NCBI GenBank assembly: GCA_042090305.1
Contig: JBELJQ010000001.1
Span: 107,967-171,966, forward strand
Length of the DNA: 64,000 nucleotides
Origin: Pelagibacteraceae bacterium
GTDB lineage: Bacteria; Pseudomonadota; Alphaproteobacteria; Methylaequorales; Methylaequoraceae
Direction of reading: 5' to 3'
Shown in pieces: positions 12,893 through 22,292 of the stretch. Below the pieces are notes generated by a model. That model did not search any database and had not been told where the DNA came from. It was given only the letters and a program-made list of their open reading frames with translations. Position numbers and translations under genes: made by a program. Every line of letters starts with the position of its first letter. Positions within the stretch are counted from its first letter, which is position 1.

Positions 12893-13530
12893 TTATCTAA
12901 ACTTATAATTCTGCACTGTTCGTCATATTCAGATAATTCACTAGTTGTCATAATTATTGTTGATCCAAGTTGATTGAGGGATTTAAAAAGAAAAAAAATT
13001 TTTTTTCTTGATTCTACATCTAGAAAACTTTCTGGTTGATCAGCAATAATAACTGAGGGGTTATTAATTAATGCTCTGGCAATTACAACTTTCTGCTTTT
13101 GACTATCTGATAAGTTTTTAATCTTTTCATATTTAATATTTTCAAGTGATAACCAATTAAATATTTCATTCATTCTGGAGTCGATATTTTGAGTTTTCTT
13201 TTGAATCTGACAAGCAATCTCAATATTTTGAAATACATTTAGGAATGGTATTAAAAAATCATTTTGTAGAATAACCCCTAATCTTTTACGGAATTTTTGA
13301 ACATCTTTTTTGCTACTTCCATTTAATCTTTTTCCTGTAAAGAACACACTTCCTTTTTCAGGAAGAAATTTAAGATAAAGCAATTTGAGAAGTATTGATT
13401 TGCCCGAAGCATTATTCCCCTTAATAATAATAAAATCACCCCTATTAACTTTCAAATTTATATCAAGTGATACTCTATTCTCGATTGAAATCGAAATATT
13501 TTCTAAGTTAAAAATCTCTTCTTTATGCAT
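12889..13530 (-). CDS. ftsE: FtsE-like ABC ATPase with degenerate catalytic motifs
   Basis: 213 aa with Walker A GNNASGKS, Q-loop ILQN, signature LSDSQ, and Walker B VIIAD followed by Q rather than E. The H-loop position reads TTSE. See findings. Confidence 0.75.
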   Translation of the reverse strand: MHKEEIFNLENISISIENRVSLDINLKVNRGDFIIIKGNNASGKSILLKLLYLKFLPEKGSVFFTGKRLNGSSKKDVQKFRKRLGVILQNDFLIPFLNVFQNIEIACQIQKKTQNIDSRMNEIFNWLSLENIKYEKIKNLSDSQKQKVVIARALINNPSVIIADQPESFLDVESRKKIFFLFKSLNQLGSTIIMTTSELSEYDEQCRIISLDK

Positions 13531-14745
13531 TTAGATCTCAAAAACCTTATTCTTTTTTACAAATATTTCTTTTGCAAGACCTCTTAGATTATAATCCGAT
13601 GACATGCAAGAACCATAGGCTCCAGTTGAACAAATTACTACACTATCCTCTTTTTTTAACTCTTGAAGTAATATATTTTTTGAGAAAATATCAGATGTCT
13701 CACAAATTGGCCCTACGAGATCATATTTAAATTTTTTAATATTTTTTTTTATTACGGGAATAATTTCATGATTAGCATTATACATTGCAGGTCTTATTAA
13801 ATTATTCATACCCGCATCAATTATCAAAAATAATTTTTGCTCTCCTTTTTTTACTCTGATAATTGTAGATAAAAGCAAACCTGATGAACCAACAATAAAT
13901 CTTCCTGGCTCTATTATTATTTCAAGTTTCATATCCATAAAAAGATCTTCGATAAGTTTACAGTAGTCTTTAATTCTTATTATCTTATCCTTCTGTTTAT
14001 ATCTAATACCTATTCCACCTCCCAAATCTAAAACATTAATTTTAAACCCAAGGGTTCTTAGTTCTTCAACTTGTTTTTTAATTTTTTTAAATGCCTTCTT
14101 AAAAGGCGTAAGATTTTGTATTTGCGATCCAATGTGGATTGATAATCCAATTATATTGACAAATTTATGGTTAGAATATTTTTTGAATACATCTTTTATT
14201 CTTTGGTTTGGTATGCCAAATTTATCTTCCGATTTTCCTGTTGATATTTTATAATGTGTTTTAGCATCGATATTGGGGTTCACTCTTAAACATATACTTA
14301 CACTTTTTTTCAAATTTTTTGCAATGAGAGCTATTTCATTCAATTCTTCTTCACTTTCAACGTTTAATTGTTTGATATTTTTACTTAATGCATACCTAAT
14401 TTCGTAATCAGTTTTACCGACTCCTGAAAAGACGATCTTATTTGGTCTAATACCGTTTGCTATAGATTTTTTTAATTCTCCTGCAGAAACTACATCTGTA
14501 CCAGCTCCTTGTTTTGCTAATATATCAATAATTTTTTTGTTATGGTTAGCTTTTACTGCGTAACATATTAATGGTTGAATATTTTTAAATGAATCTTTAA
14601 TTAATTTATAGTTATCCTCGATTTCAGAAATTGAATAGACATAAAGCGGTGTAGAAAAATTTTTTTTAACATTAGCTAGCGATACTCCCTCAAGAGTAAG
14701 CATACTATTTTTATATGATAGATACTTATTTACCTTTTCAATCAT
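13531..14745 (-). CDS. lysA: diaminopimelate decarboxylase
   Basis: Contains the PLP lysine block YAVKAN, GGGIG and EPGR. The start is more likely the internal Met at 14745 (MIEKV), which overlaps the stop of the upstream small lipoprotein ORF. Confidence 0.9.
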   Translation of the reverse strand: MIEKVNKYLSYKNSMLTLEGVSLANVKKNFSTPLYVYSISEIEDNYKLIKDSFKNIQPLICYAVKANHNKKIIDILAKQGAGTDVVSAGELKKSIANGIRPNKIVFSGVGKTDYEIRYALSKNIKQLNVESEEELNEIALIAKNLKKSVSICLRVNPNIDAKTHYKISTGKSEDKFGIPNQRIKDVFKKYSNHKFVNIIGLSIHIGSQIQNLTPFKKAFKKIKKQVEELRTLGFKINVLDLGGGIGIRYKQKDKIIRIKDYCKLIEDLFMDMKLEIIIEPGRFIVGSSGLLLSTIIRVKKGEQKLFLIIDAGMNNLIRPAMYNANHEIIPVIKKNIKKFKYDLVGPICETSDIFSKNILLQELKKEDSVVICSTGAYGSCMSSDYNLRGLAKEIFVKKNKVFEI

Positions 14746-14866
14746 AATTCTTTGGATAAGATTTTGGATAATCACTGTTAGGATATTTCTCTAAACTTGC
14801 TTTTTTTCCGCAAGTAGAAAAAAAGAAACATATTATTAATAAATAAAGAGTATTTTTACGTGACAT
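14738..14866 (-). CDS. small lipoprotein (LppL/LptM-like position upstream of lysA)
   Basis: 42-aa ORF below the ORF-track cutoff: MSRKNTLYLLIICFFFSTCGKKASLEKYPNSDYPKSYPKNYD. It has a signal peptide with a Cys lipobox-like site (FSTC). It fills the argH-lysA gap exactly. Confidence 0.5.
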   Translation of the reverse strand: MSRKNTLYLLIICFFFSTCGKKASLEKYPNSDYPKSYPKNYD

Positions 14867-14867
14867 T

Positions 14868-16256
14868 TTAAATGCTTTTTTTAGCTCTTTTGATTGCACT
14901 CTTAATCTGATCAAACCCTGTTCCTCCGTAAGATTTTTTATTTTTTACGGAACTTTCAGGTAATAGAAAACTAAAAATTTTATTATTAATTCTTCTATCA
15001 ACAGATTTAAATACATCAATTGGCAGTTCATGTAAATTTATTTTATCTCTCTCAGCTATTAAAACTAACTCACCAGTTTTTTCGTGTGCTTCTCTAAACG
15101 TCATATTAAGATTTTTCACCATCCAATCCGCTAAATCTGTTGCCGTGGTATGTCCCACTAAAGACAAATCATACATCGAGATTTTATTAACTTTAATTTT
15201 ACAAATTATTTCTGACATTACATCAATTAATAAATTAATGGTTTGAAATGAATCAAATATTGGTTCTTTATCCTCTTGTAAATCTTTACTATATCCAGAT
15301 GGTAATCCTTTTTGAATAATCAACAAATTTACTAATGACGATATTACTCTTCCAGACTTAGACCTAATCAGTTCAGCTGAATCAGGATTCTTTTTCTGAG
15401 GCATGATAGATGAACCAGTACTCAGTGAATCTGGAAATTTAACAAAATTATATGCACTACTCGACCAGATAATCAAGTCCTCTGAGATTCTCGATAAATG
15501 AATACTAATTAATGACAAAATAAATGCAAATTCAAGAACAAAGTCCCTATCTGAAACACTATCTAATGAGTTTTCTGTTGGTTTTTCAAAACCAAGCTTC
15601 TTAGCTAATTTACCCCTATTTATTTCATGAAAATTTGTTCCCGCAAGAGCCCCTGATCCCAATGGACATTCACTAATGTTTTTTGATAATTGCAAAGCTC
15701 TACTTTTATCTCTTTTAATCATTTCAAAAAAGCTCATTAAATAGTGGGCAAATGATATTGGTTGAGCATTTTGAGAGTGTGTAAAACCTGGCATAATTGT
15801 ACTTATATTATTTTCAGACTTCTTTATAATTATTCTTTGTAACTTAGTAATTTTATTTATAATTTCTTTCAACTTACCTTTTATCCATAATTTCATATCA
15901 GTTGCCACCTGATCATTTCTAGATTTACCTGTATGTATCTTTCCTGCCAACTTTCCTATTTTTTTTTTCAACATCATTTCTATATTCATATGAATATCTT
16001 CATACTCATCTGAAAATTTAATTTTTCCTTGATTTACTTCTGTTTGAATTTCAATAAGTGCTTTCTGAACAGTATTATTTTCTTTTTTGTTAATTATATT
16101 GGCGTTTGAAAGTAAATCTGAGTAGGCCATACACAGTTTTAAGTCTTCCATAACTAACTTATGATCAAAATGGATTGAATTATTTACTTTTTCTAAAAGT
16201 GATGAAGGTTTATCTTTAAATCTTCCACCCCAGACTGGATTTGTTTTTTTTTTCAT
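14868..16256 (-). CDS. argH: argininosuccinate lyase
   Basis: 462 aa with the fumarate-lyase signature GSSIMPQKKNPD. Confidence 0.93.
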   Translation of the reverse strand: MKKKTNPVWGGRFKDKPSSLLEKVNNSIHFDHKLVMEDLKLCMAYSDLLSNANIINKKENNTVQKALIEIQTEVNQGKIKFSDEYEDIHMNIEMMLKKKIGKLAGKIHTGKSRNDQVATDMKLWIKGKLKEIINKITKLQRIIIKKSENNISTIMPGFTHSQNAQPISFAHYLMSFFEMIKRDKSRALQLSKNISECPLGSGALAGTNFHEINRGKLAKKLGFEKPTENSLDSVSDRDFVLEFAFILSLISIHLSRISEDLIIWSSSAYNFVKFPDSLSTGSSIMPQKKNPDSAELIRSKSGRVISSLVNLLIIQKGLPSGYSKDLQEDKEPIFDSFQTINLLIDVMSEIICKIKVNKISMYDLSLVGHTTATDLADWMVKNLNMTFREAHEKTGELVLIAERDKINLHELPIDVFKSVDRRINNKIFSFLLPESSVKNKKSYGGTGFDQIKSAIKRAKKSI

Positions 16257-16270
16257 TTATTATTACTACT

Positions 16271-16777
16271 ATGAAATATTTTGTAACTTTCCTTTTGTTA
16301 ATTATATCGAATCTATCTTATTCTGATGAGAACAATCAACTATTATTACATAAAGAGTCTAAAAAAATTCCTAATATAAGTCTTAATTCCTTTGATTATA
16401 AAAAATCTCAGCAATTAAGTGATGAAAATAGAAATTTATATATAATAAATTTTTGGGCTACATGGTGTCCACCCTGCGTTAAAGAAATACCAGATTTACT
16501 TGAACTAAAAAAAAAATTAGGTGAACAACTTGATGTTTTCTTTATTTCAGTTGATTCAAATCCAACAACAGTGATTCCAAAATTCCTTAGAAAAAATAAA
16601 ATATCAGCACAAAACTTTTTCTCCGACCAAAAACTCAATGTTTCTAAACAACTGAATGTAAAGGTTATGCCAACTACAATTATTGTAAACAATAATCTTG
16701 AGGAGGTCTCAAGGGTAGTTGGTTATATTGATTGGAAAGATCCAAAGGTTATAAGCTTTTTAGAGAAATTATTGTAA
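16271..16777 (+). CDS. TlpA-like periplasmic thiol:disulfide oxidoreductase
   Basis: Has a signal peptide and the thioredoxin motif WATWCPPC. The ATG at 16271 is preferred because the ORF-track start overlaps argH. Confidence 0.8.
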   Translation: MKYFVTFLLLIISNLSYSDENNQLLLHKESKKIPNISLNSFDYKKSQQLSDENRNLYIINFWATWCPPCVKEIPDLLELKKKLGEQLDVFFISVDSNPTTVIPKFLRKNKISAQNFFSDQKLNVSKQLNVKVMPTTIIVNNNLEEVSRVVGYIDWKDPKVISFLEKLL

Positions 16778-17707
16778 CTCATCTTCAAGTTTCGGTAATA
16801 TATCAAAAAGATCGCCAACTAAGCCATAATCTGAAAAGTTAAAAATTGGGGCTTCCTCGTCTTTATTAATGCAAGCTATAAACTTAGAGTCTTTGATACC
16901 TGCTATATGTTGTATTGCACCAGAAATACCTACCGCAATATATAAGTCAGGTGCAACAATCTTACCTGTTTGACCGACCTGCCAATCATTTGGGACAAAT
17001 CCAGCATCTACTGCTGCTCGACTAGCTCCCATTGCTGCTCCGAGTTTATCGGCAATACCTTCAAGAAGTTTGAAATTTTCACCGTTCTGCATCCCTCTTC
17101 CGCCAGATATAATAATTTTAGCAGAAGTTAATTCAGGTCTATCTGAGGCTGATTGATCATATTTCACAAAATCAACACTTTTATCCTTATCTAAAGTTAT
17201 ATCTAGTTTTTGTATAGGAACATTTCCTTCCTGACCACACGGCTCAAAGCATGTAGGACGTGCCGTGATTACTTTTACTTTATCTTTGGATTTGACTTTT
17301 GCTATTGCATTACCAGCATAAATAGGTCTTTCAAAAGTTTCATGATCGATAATATTAATTACATCAGATATTTGCTGAACGTCAAGCATTGTTGCGATTT
17401 TAGGTCCTAAATTTTTACCAAAAGTGCTTGAAGGTAAAAGAATATGAGTAAAATTATTTTTGCCTAGAAATGATGCGATGACTTTGCTTAAATCCTCTGC
17501 AATTTGATTAGCTAAAAAATCAAAATCAACAAAATTTATCATTGATACATCACTAGTTTTCTTTAATTCAGAAACAATTTTATCGATTTTATTTCCTAAA
17601 ACCAGAACTTCTACTTCATTACTAATTTTATTAGCAGCAGTAATTGTTGAAAAGGAAGACTGTTTGACGTTATTATTATCATGTTCAATTATTACTATAG
17701 ATTTCAT
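16769..17707 (-). CDS. etfA: electron transfer flavoprotein alpha subunit
   Basis: 312 aa with the FAD-binding C-terminus [18 protein letters not shown]. Confidence 0.92.
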   Translation of the reverse strand: MKSIVIIEHDNNNVKQSSFSTITAANKISNEVEVLVLGNKIDKIVSELKKTSDVSMINFVDFDFLANQIAEDLSKVIASFLGKNNFTHILLPSSTFGKNLGPKIATMLDVQQISDVINIIDHETFERPIYAGNAIAKVKSKDKVKVITARPTCFEPCGQEGNVPIQKLDITLDKDKSVDFVKYDQSASDRPELTSAKIIISGGRGMQNGENFKLLEGIADKLGAAMGASRAAVDAGFVPNDWQVGQTGKIVAPDLYIAVGISGAIQHIAGIKDSKFIACINKDEEAPIFNFSDYGLVGDLFDILPKLEDELQ

Positions 17708-18459
17708 ATTACTTTTGCCTCATTTTTAAGTTTTTCTACAAGTGAACCTACATCGGAAACTTTTACACCAGCTTTCCTCTCCGGGGGTTCTGTTACTTCA
17801 AGTATTTCTACTTTAGATGTAAGGCTTAGACCGAGTGAAGAAGAATCAATTATATCAATTTTTTTTTGCTTTGCTTTCATAATATTGGGAAGTGAAGCAT
17901 ATCTGGGTTCATTAAGTCTTAAATCGGTCGTAATTACGCAAGGAATATTTACCTTGATAGTCTCTAGTCCTCCATCAACCTCCCTGGTCACATCTAAAGT
18001 GTTGTCATCATTTTTAACAATTTCAGATGCAAAGGTTGCTTGAGGACAGTCTAGAAGTGTTGCAACTATTTGACCAGTTTGATTGCAGTCATCATCAATC
18101 GCCTGTTTACCCATTATTATGATCTCAGGAGATTCCTTTTGTGCAATATTATGGATTATTTTGCCAACAGACAAAGGTTCCAATGAAGTATCTTCTGTCT
18201 TTACAAGAATTCCTCTGTCACCACCCATTGCTAGGCCAGTTCTTATTGTTTCTTGTGAATTGTCTTGACCAATTGATAAGATTATAATTTCCTTAATCAG
18301 ACCTTTCTCTTTCATTCGCACAACTTCTTCAACAGCGATTTCATCAAACGGGTTCATCGACATCTTAACATTGTCAGTTTCTACTCCACTTTTATCTGTC
18401 TTAACCCTTATTTTTACGTTGTAATCTATAACTCTTTTTACACAAACTAAAGCTTTCAT
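17704..18459 (-). CDS. etfB: electron transfer flavoprotein beta subunit
   Basis: 251 aa starting [19 protein letters not shown]. It overlaps etfA by 4 nt. Confidence 0.92.
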   Translation of the reverse strand: MKALVCVKRVIDYNVKIRVKTDKSGVETDNVKMSMNPFDEIAVEEVVRMKEKGLIKEIIILSIGQDNSQETIRTGLAMGGDRGILVKTEDTSLEPLSVGKIIHNIAQKESPEIIIMGKQAIDDDCNQTGQIVATLLDCPQATFASEIVKNDDNTLDVTREVDGGLETIKVNIPCVITTDLRLNEPRYASLPNIMKAKQKKIDIIDSSSLGLSLTSKVEILEVTEPPERKAGVKVSDVGSLVEKLKNEAKVI

Positions 18460-18462
18460 TAT

Positions 18463-19011
18463 TTAACCTTTCTCCTCTGGAACCCAAAGTATATCACCTT
18501 CTTCCCTATTCTCAAACCTCGCAGCTACAAAAAGAAAATCAGATAGTCTATTTATATAAGTAAGTAATGTTGGGTTAACTTTCTCTTTTTCAAGCAAATC
18601 AATTATCGCTCTCTCTGCTCTGCGGGATACTGTTCTTGCGAGATGAAGAAAAGCTGACGATTGAGATCCTCCAGGTAAGATAAATGAATTAAGATCACTT
18701 AAATTATCATTTAATTTATCTAACTCTAATTCTAAAAAATTTGTTTGATTTGCAAATCTATTGGAATTTTCAGAGTTATAAGGCTTGCATAAATCTGCAC
18801 CTATATCGAATAACTGGTTTTGGATTTTCTTTAGAATATTTTTTAAGCTATCGCAACAGAACAACATTGAGATTCCAATGCACGAATTTAGTTCATCTAT
18901 TTCTCCGTAGGCCTTCAATCTCAAGCTATTTTTTGAGACACGTTGACCATCTCCTAAGCTTGTCTTGCCTGCATCTCCCCCACGTGTATAAATTTTGTCG
19001 AGTTTAATCAA
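18463..19011 (-). CDS. ATP:cob(I)alamin adenosyltransferase, PduO type
   Basis: 182 aa containing IYTRGGDAGKTSL...YGEIDELNSCIG...PGG. Confidence 0.85.
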   Translation of the reverse strand: MIKLDKIYTRGGDAGKTSLGDGQRVSKNSLRLKAYGEIDELNSCIGISMLFCCDSLKNILKKIQNQLFDIGADLCKPYNSENSNRFANQTNFLELELDKLNDNLSDLNSFILPGGSQSSAFLHLARTVSRRAERAIIDLLEKEKVNPTLLTYINRLSDFLFVAARFENREEGDILWVPEEKG

Positions 19012-19024
19012 TGTAAGTACTTAC

Positions 19025-19219
19025 TCAGGATTTTATAAAAAGAGCTATTGTTAGTATCACCAAACTTATGAATTGTATCAAAACCCTATATCTCATAAAA
19101 AGGTTAATTTTATTATCTTTATCATCATCAGATCGTGCTGTGTAAAGGAGACCCAAAAGCAGAACTATGAATGTTGTAATTAAACAAACTATAATTAAAA
19201 AATTTAAAAAGAAGTTCAT
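19025..19219 (-). CDS. twin-transmembrane-helix small protein (HIG1-like)
   Basis: 64 aa with two TM helices and the motif NLFMRYRVLIQF. Its start overlaps the mcd stop (TAATG). Confidence 0.6.
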   Translation of the reverse strand: MNFFLNFLIIVCLITTFIVLLLGLLYTARSDDDKDNKINLFMRYRVLIQFISLVILTIALFIKS

Positions 19220-20904
19220 TATCTCCCGATAAGACCTTTAGCTACAATTTGAGCCTGTATTTCTGCGGCACCCTCAAAGATGTTCAAAATTCTCGAATCG
19301 CATAGCACTCTACTTATAGGGTATTCAAGGGCATAACCGTTGCCGCCGTGGATTTGTAGAGCACTATCTGCACAACTCCATGCGACTCTTGCTGCTAATA
19401 ACTTAGCCATACCTGCTTCAATATCACATCTTATATCGTTATCTTTTTCCCTAGCTGAAAATAGTGTTAGTTGTCGCGAAATTGTAATTTCCATTGCCAT
19501 CCATGCAAGTTTAGAAAATATTCTTGGGAATTTTACAATTGACTTACCGAATTGACTTCTATCCTTAGCATATTGTACACCAAGTTCTAATGCATTTTGA
19601 GCAACACCCACAGCTCTTGCGGCAGTTTGAATTCTAGCTGATTCGAAAGTTTCCATTAACTGCTTAAACCCTTTTCCCTCTGTTTCGCCTAATAGATTTT
19701 TTTTATCGACTTTTATATCGTCAAGCGCAATTTCATACTCTTTCATACCTCTGTAGCCTAAAACTTCGATTTCACTTCCAGACATTCCTTCCATTGGAAA
19801 AGGATTTTCACAATTCCCTCTTGGTTTATCTACAAGAAACATGCTTAAACCACGATACCCACTCTGTTTCATGTCAGTTCGAGCTAGAACAGTCATTAAA
19901 TCTGATCTTGCACCATGCGTGATCCAGGTCTTATTGCCTGTTATCGTGTATTCATTTCCACTTAATACAGCTCTTGTGGCTAAGCTACCTAAATCGGAAC
20001 CTGTATTGGGTTCGGTAAAAACTGCAGTTGTTAGGATATTACCGTTTGCAATCTCGGGTAGGTATTTGTTCTTCTGCTCTTCCGTTCCTCCAAGCCTGAT
20101 AAGTTCACCAGCTATTTCTGCTCTTGTCCCTAAGGAACCGGCTGCTAAAAAACCTCTTGATAATTCTTCTGTAACTACGCACATTGCCACTTTACCCATA
20201 CCTAATCCTCCATAGTTTTCTGGAATAGCTATGCTAAAGACTCCGAGCTCAGTCATTTTATTTAATGTTTCATCAGGAATCAAATCATCTTTAAGATGCC
20301 ACTCATTAGCGTGTGGAATGATCTCTTCTTCTGCGAACTTTCTAAATTGATCTTGAATCATTTCTAGAGTCTCATCATTTAGACCTAGGCTAGGAAAAAT
20401 TCCCTTTTCCATTGAATCAACCATCTCCTTTTTTAATCTATTAGAAAGACCAAGGGAAACAAGATCTTTTACTTCGTCTCTGTTCATAAAATCGAAATCG
20501 CTGTCTGTAAGACCAAGATCTTCCGGTCTTATCATCTCTGTTTGGCTAATCATAATACCACTTTTCATTTGGGTTATGTATTCAGCAAATGAATATACCA
20601 ATATACTAGCATCTATATCAGAGGCTTTTTTTGACTCATTCAGTCTTTGAAACCAGTTAAATGTTTCTCTTAGACCAATTTTATATGTTTCAAACCAAGC
20701 ATAACCATGTGACTCGAACTGATAATATTCTAACAATTTGTTATCGATTCTATTTTCCTTCATTAGTATTTTAACAAAGTAATTTTTTGATTTTACTGAT
20801 ATTTTTTCTAACTCATCAAGAATCGATTTAAATAAATCTGAATTTTGGTTAGCGAATGTTTTAAAATTGGTTGCGTTATTTTCTATGTTTGATGTACTGT
20901 CCAT
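19219..20904 (-). CDS. mcd: acyl-CoA dehydrogenase with N-terminal extension, probable (2S)-methylsuccinyl-CoA dehydrogenase
   Basis: 561 aa with an ACAD core (FTEPNTGSDLGS, QIHGGNGY) preceded by an extension of roughly 170 aa. It lies directly downstream of ccr. Confidence 0.7.
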   Translation of the reverse strand: MDSTSNIENNATNFKTFANQNSDLFKSILDELEKISVKSKNYFVKILMKENRIDNKLLEYYQFESHGYAWFETYKIGLRETFNWFQRLNESKKASDIDASILVYSFAEYITQMKSGIMISQTEMIRPEDLGLTDSDFDFMNRDEVKDLVSLGLSNRLKKEMVDSMEKGIFPSLGLNDETLEMIQDQFRKFAEEEIIPHANEWHLKDDLIPDETLNKMTELGVFSIAIPENYGGLGMGKVAMCVVTEELSRGFLAAGSLGTRAEIAGELIRLGGTEEQKNKYLPEIANGNILTTAVFTEPNTGSDLGSLATRAVLSGNEYTITGNKTWITHGARSDLMTVLARTDMKQSGYRGLSMFLVDKPRGNCENPFPMEGMSGSEIEVLGYRGMKEYEIALDDIKVDKKNLLGETEGKGFKQLMETFESARIQTAARAVGVAQNALELGVQYAKDRSQFGKSIVKFPRIFSKLAWMAMEITISRQLTLFSAREKDNDIRCDIEAGMAKLLAARVAWSCADSALQIHGGNGYALEYPISRVLCDSRILNIFEGAAEIQAQIVAKGLIGR

Positions 20905-20937
20905 GATTCTCTAGTTTATTGTTAACATTAATATATA

Positions 20938-22173
20938 TTATACTTTATTCAAAGTTTTCAATCCAGTTTTTTTCGCTTGAACTAATGCTGCCATATTTCC
21001 TGGTAAATGCTGATTATTCATCATTTTCGTATGAGCAAATGGAATTTTTTCCCATTCAAAACATTCTGACATTAAAGGATTAATAAGCTTTTGTATCATC
21101 ATGTCGTTGGCTTGATTGGCTTGGTATAAATTTGCAAAATGACTTCCTTGAATTCTTTTTTGTCGCATCCAAACATATCTAGCATCCATTGTAAGATTGT
21201 ACCCTGACGTTCCTGCACATATAACAACCATTCCACCAGTCTTAACTAAGTAAGTCGAAACGGGAAATGTCGATTCACCAGGATGTTCAAAAACAATATC
21301 AACGTCTTTTTTTCCAGTAATATCCCAAATGTCTTTTCCCAAAACTCTACACTTTTTAATAAAAACTGAATATTCATCATGATTTTTTACATCAGGTAAT
21401 TGACCAAAGCACTCATAATTTTTTCTATTAAGAACACCTATTGCTCCAAGATTCTCAACAAAAGGAATTTTATTATCGTCTGAAATTACTCCGATTGCAT
21501 TGGCACCAACAGCTTTACAAATCTGCACCGCCATACTTCCAATTCCTCCGGATGCACCCCAAATAAGAACATTCATTCCTGGTTTTAAAGCATGAGGTGG
21601 GTGACCAAAAAGCATCCTGTACGCGGTGGCTAATGTTAATGTGTAACATCCACTTTCTTCCCAAGAAAGATGTTCAGGTTTTTTTAATAATTGTCTTGAT
21701 TGAACAGTTGTAAACTGAGCAAATGAGCCATCATTAGTTTCATAACCCCATATTCTTTGGGATTTTGAATACATTGGCTCACCTCCATTACATTCTTCAT
21801 CATCTCCATCATCACGATTGCAATGAATGATTACTTCATCACCAACTTTCCACCTTTTAACATTATCGCCAACTGCCCAGACAATACCAGAAGCATCTGA
21901 ACCACCAATATGATATCCAGTATCTTTACCAATAACAGAGATTGGAATGCCTTGAGATGCCCAAACATTGTTATAGTTAATTCCAACAGCCATCACCATT
22001 ACTAAAACTTCATCTTTATCTGGTTTCTGAACAGGCATTTTCTCTATTTGCATAGCTTTTTCTGGAACACCTAATCTATCCTCTCTGATTACCCATGCAT
22101 ACATTTGTTCAGGCACATCTCCTAAAGTAGGTATTTCTCCAATTTCATAGATTTTTTTTTCTGCCATAATCAA
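20938..22173 (-). CDS. ccr: crotonyl-CoA carboxylase/reductase
   Basis: 411 aa with long colinear Ccr-type blocks (YEIGEIPTLGDVPEQMYAWVIRED, HIGGSDASGIVWAVGDNVKRWKVGDEV, CNRDDGDDEECNGGEPMYSKSQRIWGYETNDGSFAQF, TLTLATAYRMLFGH). Confidence 0.85.
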   Translation of the reverse strand: MIMAEKKIYEIGEIPTLGDVPEQMYAWVIREDRLGVPEKAMQIEKMPVQKPDKDEVLVMVMAVGINYNNVWASQGIPISVIGKDTGYHIGGSDASGIVWAVGDNVKRWKVGDEVIIHCNRDDGDDEECNGGEPMYSKSQRIWGYETNDGSFAQFTTVQSRQLLKKPEHLSWEESGCYTLTLATAYRMLFGHPPHALKPGMNVLIWGASGGIGSMAVQICKAVGANAIGVISDDNKIPFVENLGAIGVLNRKNYECFGQLPDVKNHDEYSVFIKKCRVLGKDIWDITGKKDVDIVFEHPGESTFPVSTYLVKTGGMVVICAGTSGYNLTMDARYVWMRQKRIQGSHFANLYQANQANDMMIQKLINPLMSECFEWEKIPFAHTKMMNNQHLPGNMAALVQAKKTGLKTLNKV

Positions 22174-22292
22174 TCCTAAAAGTTGTAATAGTCTTCTTAA
22201 TTTCCTAAATAAAATAAGGTTATAACACTAAATATTAAAAATACATTAATTTTTTATTGTGACAGAAATTATTTAATATAATTTAAATAGTA

